The notes beneath the pieces are model-generated. The model was not told the DNA's origin. It saw only the letters and a program-made list of their open reading frames with translations, and searched no databases. The position numbers were made by a program, and so were the translations under genes. From assembly GCA_964405545.1 (NCBI GenBank), contig CAYOOH010000001.1:1-33294 (forward strand): a stretch of DNA of 33,294 bases, written 5' to 3'. Below are positions 33,263 to 33,294 of the stretch, one piece after another. Origin of the DNA: an uncultured Candidatus Saccharimonadales bacterium. GTDB taxonomy: Bacteria; Patescibacteriota; Saccharimonadia; UBA4664. How positions within the stretch are numbered: the first letter of the stretch is position 1; every line of letters begins with the position of its first letter.

Positions 33263-33294
33263 GAGGTTGGGTAGTGAAGATCACCGCACGGTCC

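Overview
This 33.3 kb bacterial window is gene-dense, moderately GC-rich, and has SD-type ribosome-binding sites and sigma70-like promoters. All product calls come from motifs read by eye in the supplied translations; no homology search was run. From about 5.8 kb to the right end the content is mostly ordinary chromosome:
- a znuACB-like metal ABC importer with a divergent Fur-family (Zur-like) regulator and a palindromic operator
- an SDR oxidoreductase, a HAD hydrolase and a two-domain VOC/PhnB-like protein
- a ZIP permease apparently co-transcribed with a flavinylation set (FMN-binding protein, ApbE, RnfD/NqrB-like membrane domain fused to an FNR-like reductase)
- a DHA2-type MFS transporter and a binding protein plus histidine kinase pair with no response regulator
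- RadC, a serine hydrolase, LexA, VanW, an LtaS-type sulfatase, a sugar-1-P nucleotidyltransferase and GalE
- several orphan genes with near-consensus private promoters, and an Xre/DUF2384 antitoxin-like gene that lacks a RES toxin

The left ~5.8 kb is an accessory mosaic and holds the most unusual content:
1. A two-gene operon encoding a MerR/excisionase-type HTH fused to an RsbW-like GHKL ATPase, plus a STAS-like (DUF4325) protein. Its promoter region carries four CTATAC-centred sites, and it converges on a stand-alone DUF4157 HExxH mini-protein.
2. A visibly lower-GC cassette encoding an AbiU2-like HEPN protein (RNQYLAH).
3. A MacB/FtsX-type ABC exporter.
4. Three same-strand copies of a GTTCTAACTT-plus-hairpin motif that delimit these cassettes.
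5. A 0.7 kb module made of an unknown ORF followed by a complete canonical type III hammerhead ribozyme (5648-5716, predicted cleavage after A5664). No ORF-based annotation would report the ribozyme.

No tRNA, rRNA, CRISPR array, transposase or integrase was seen.
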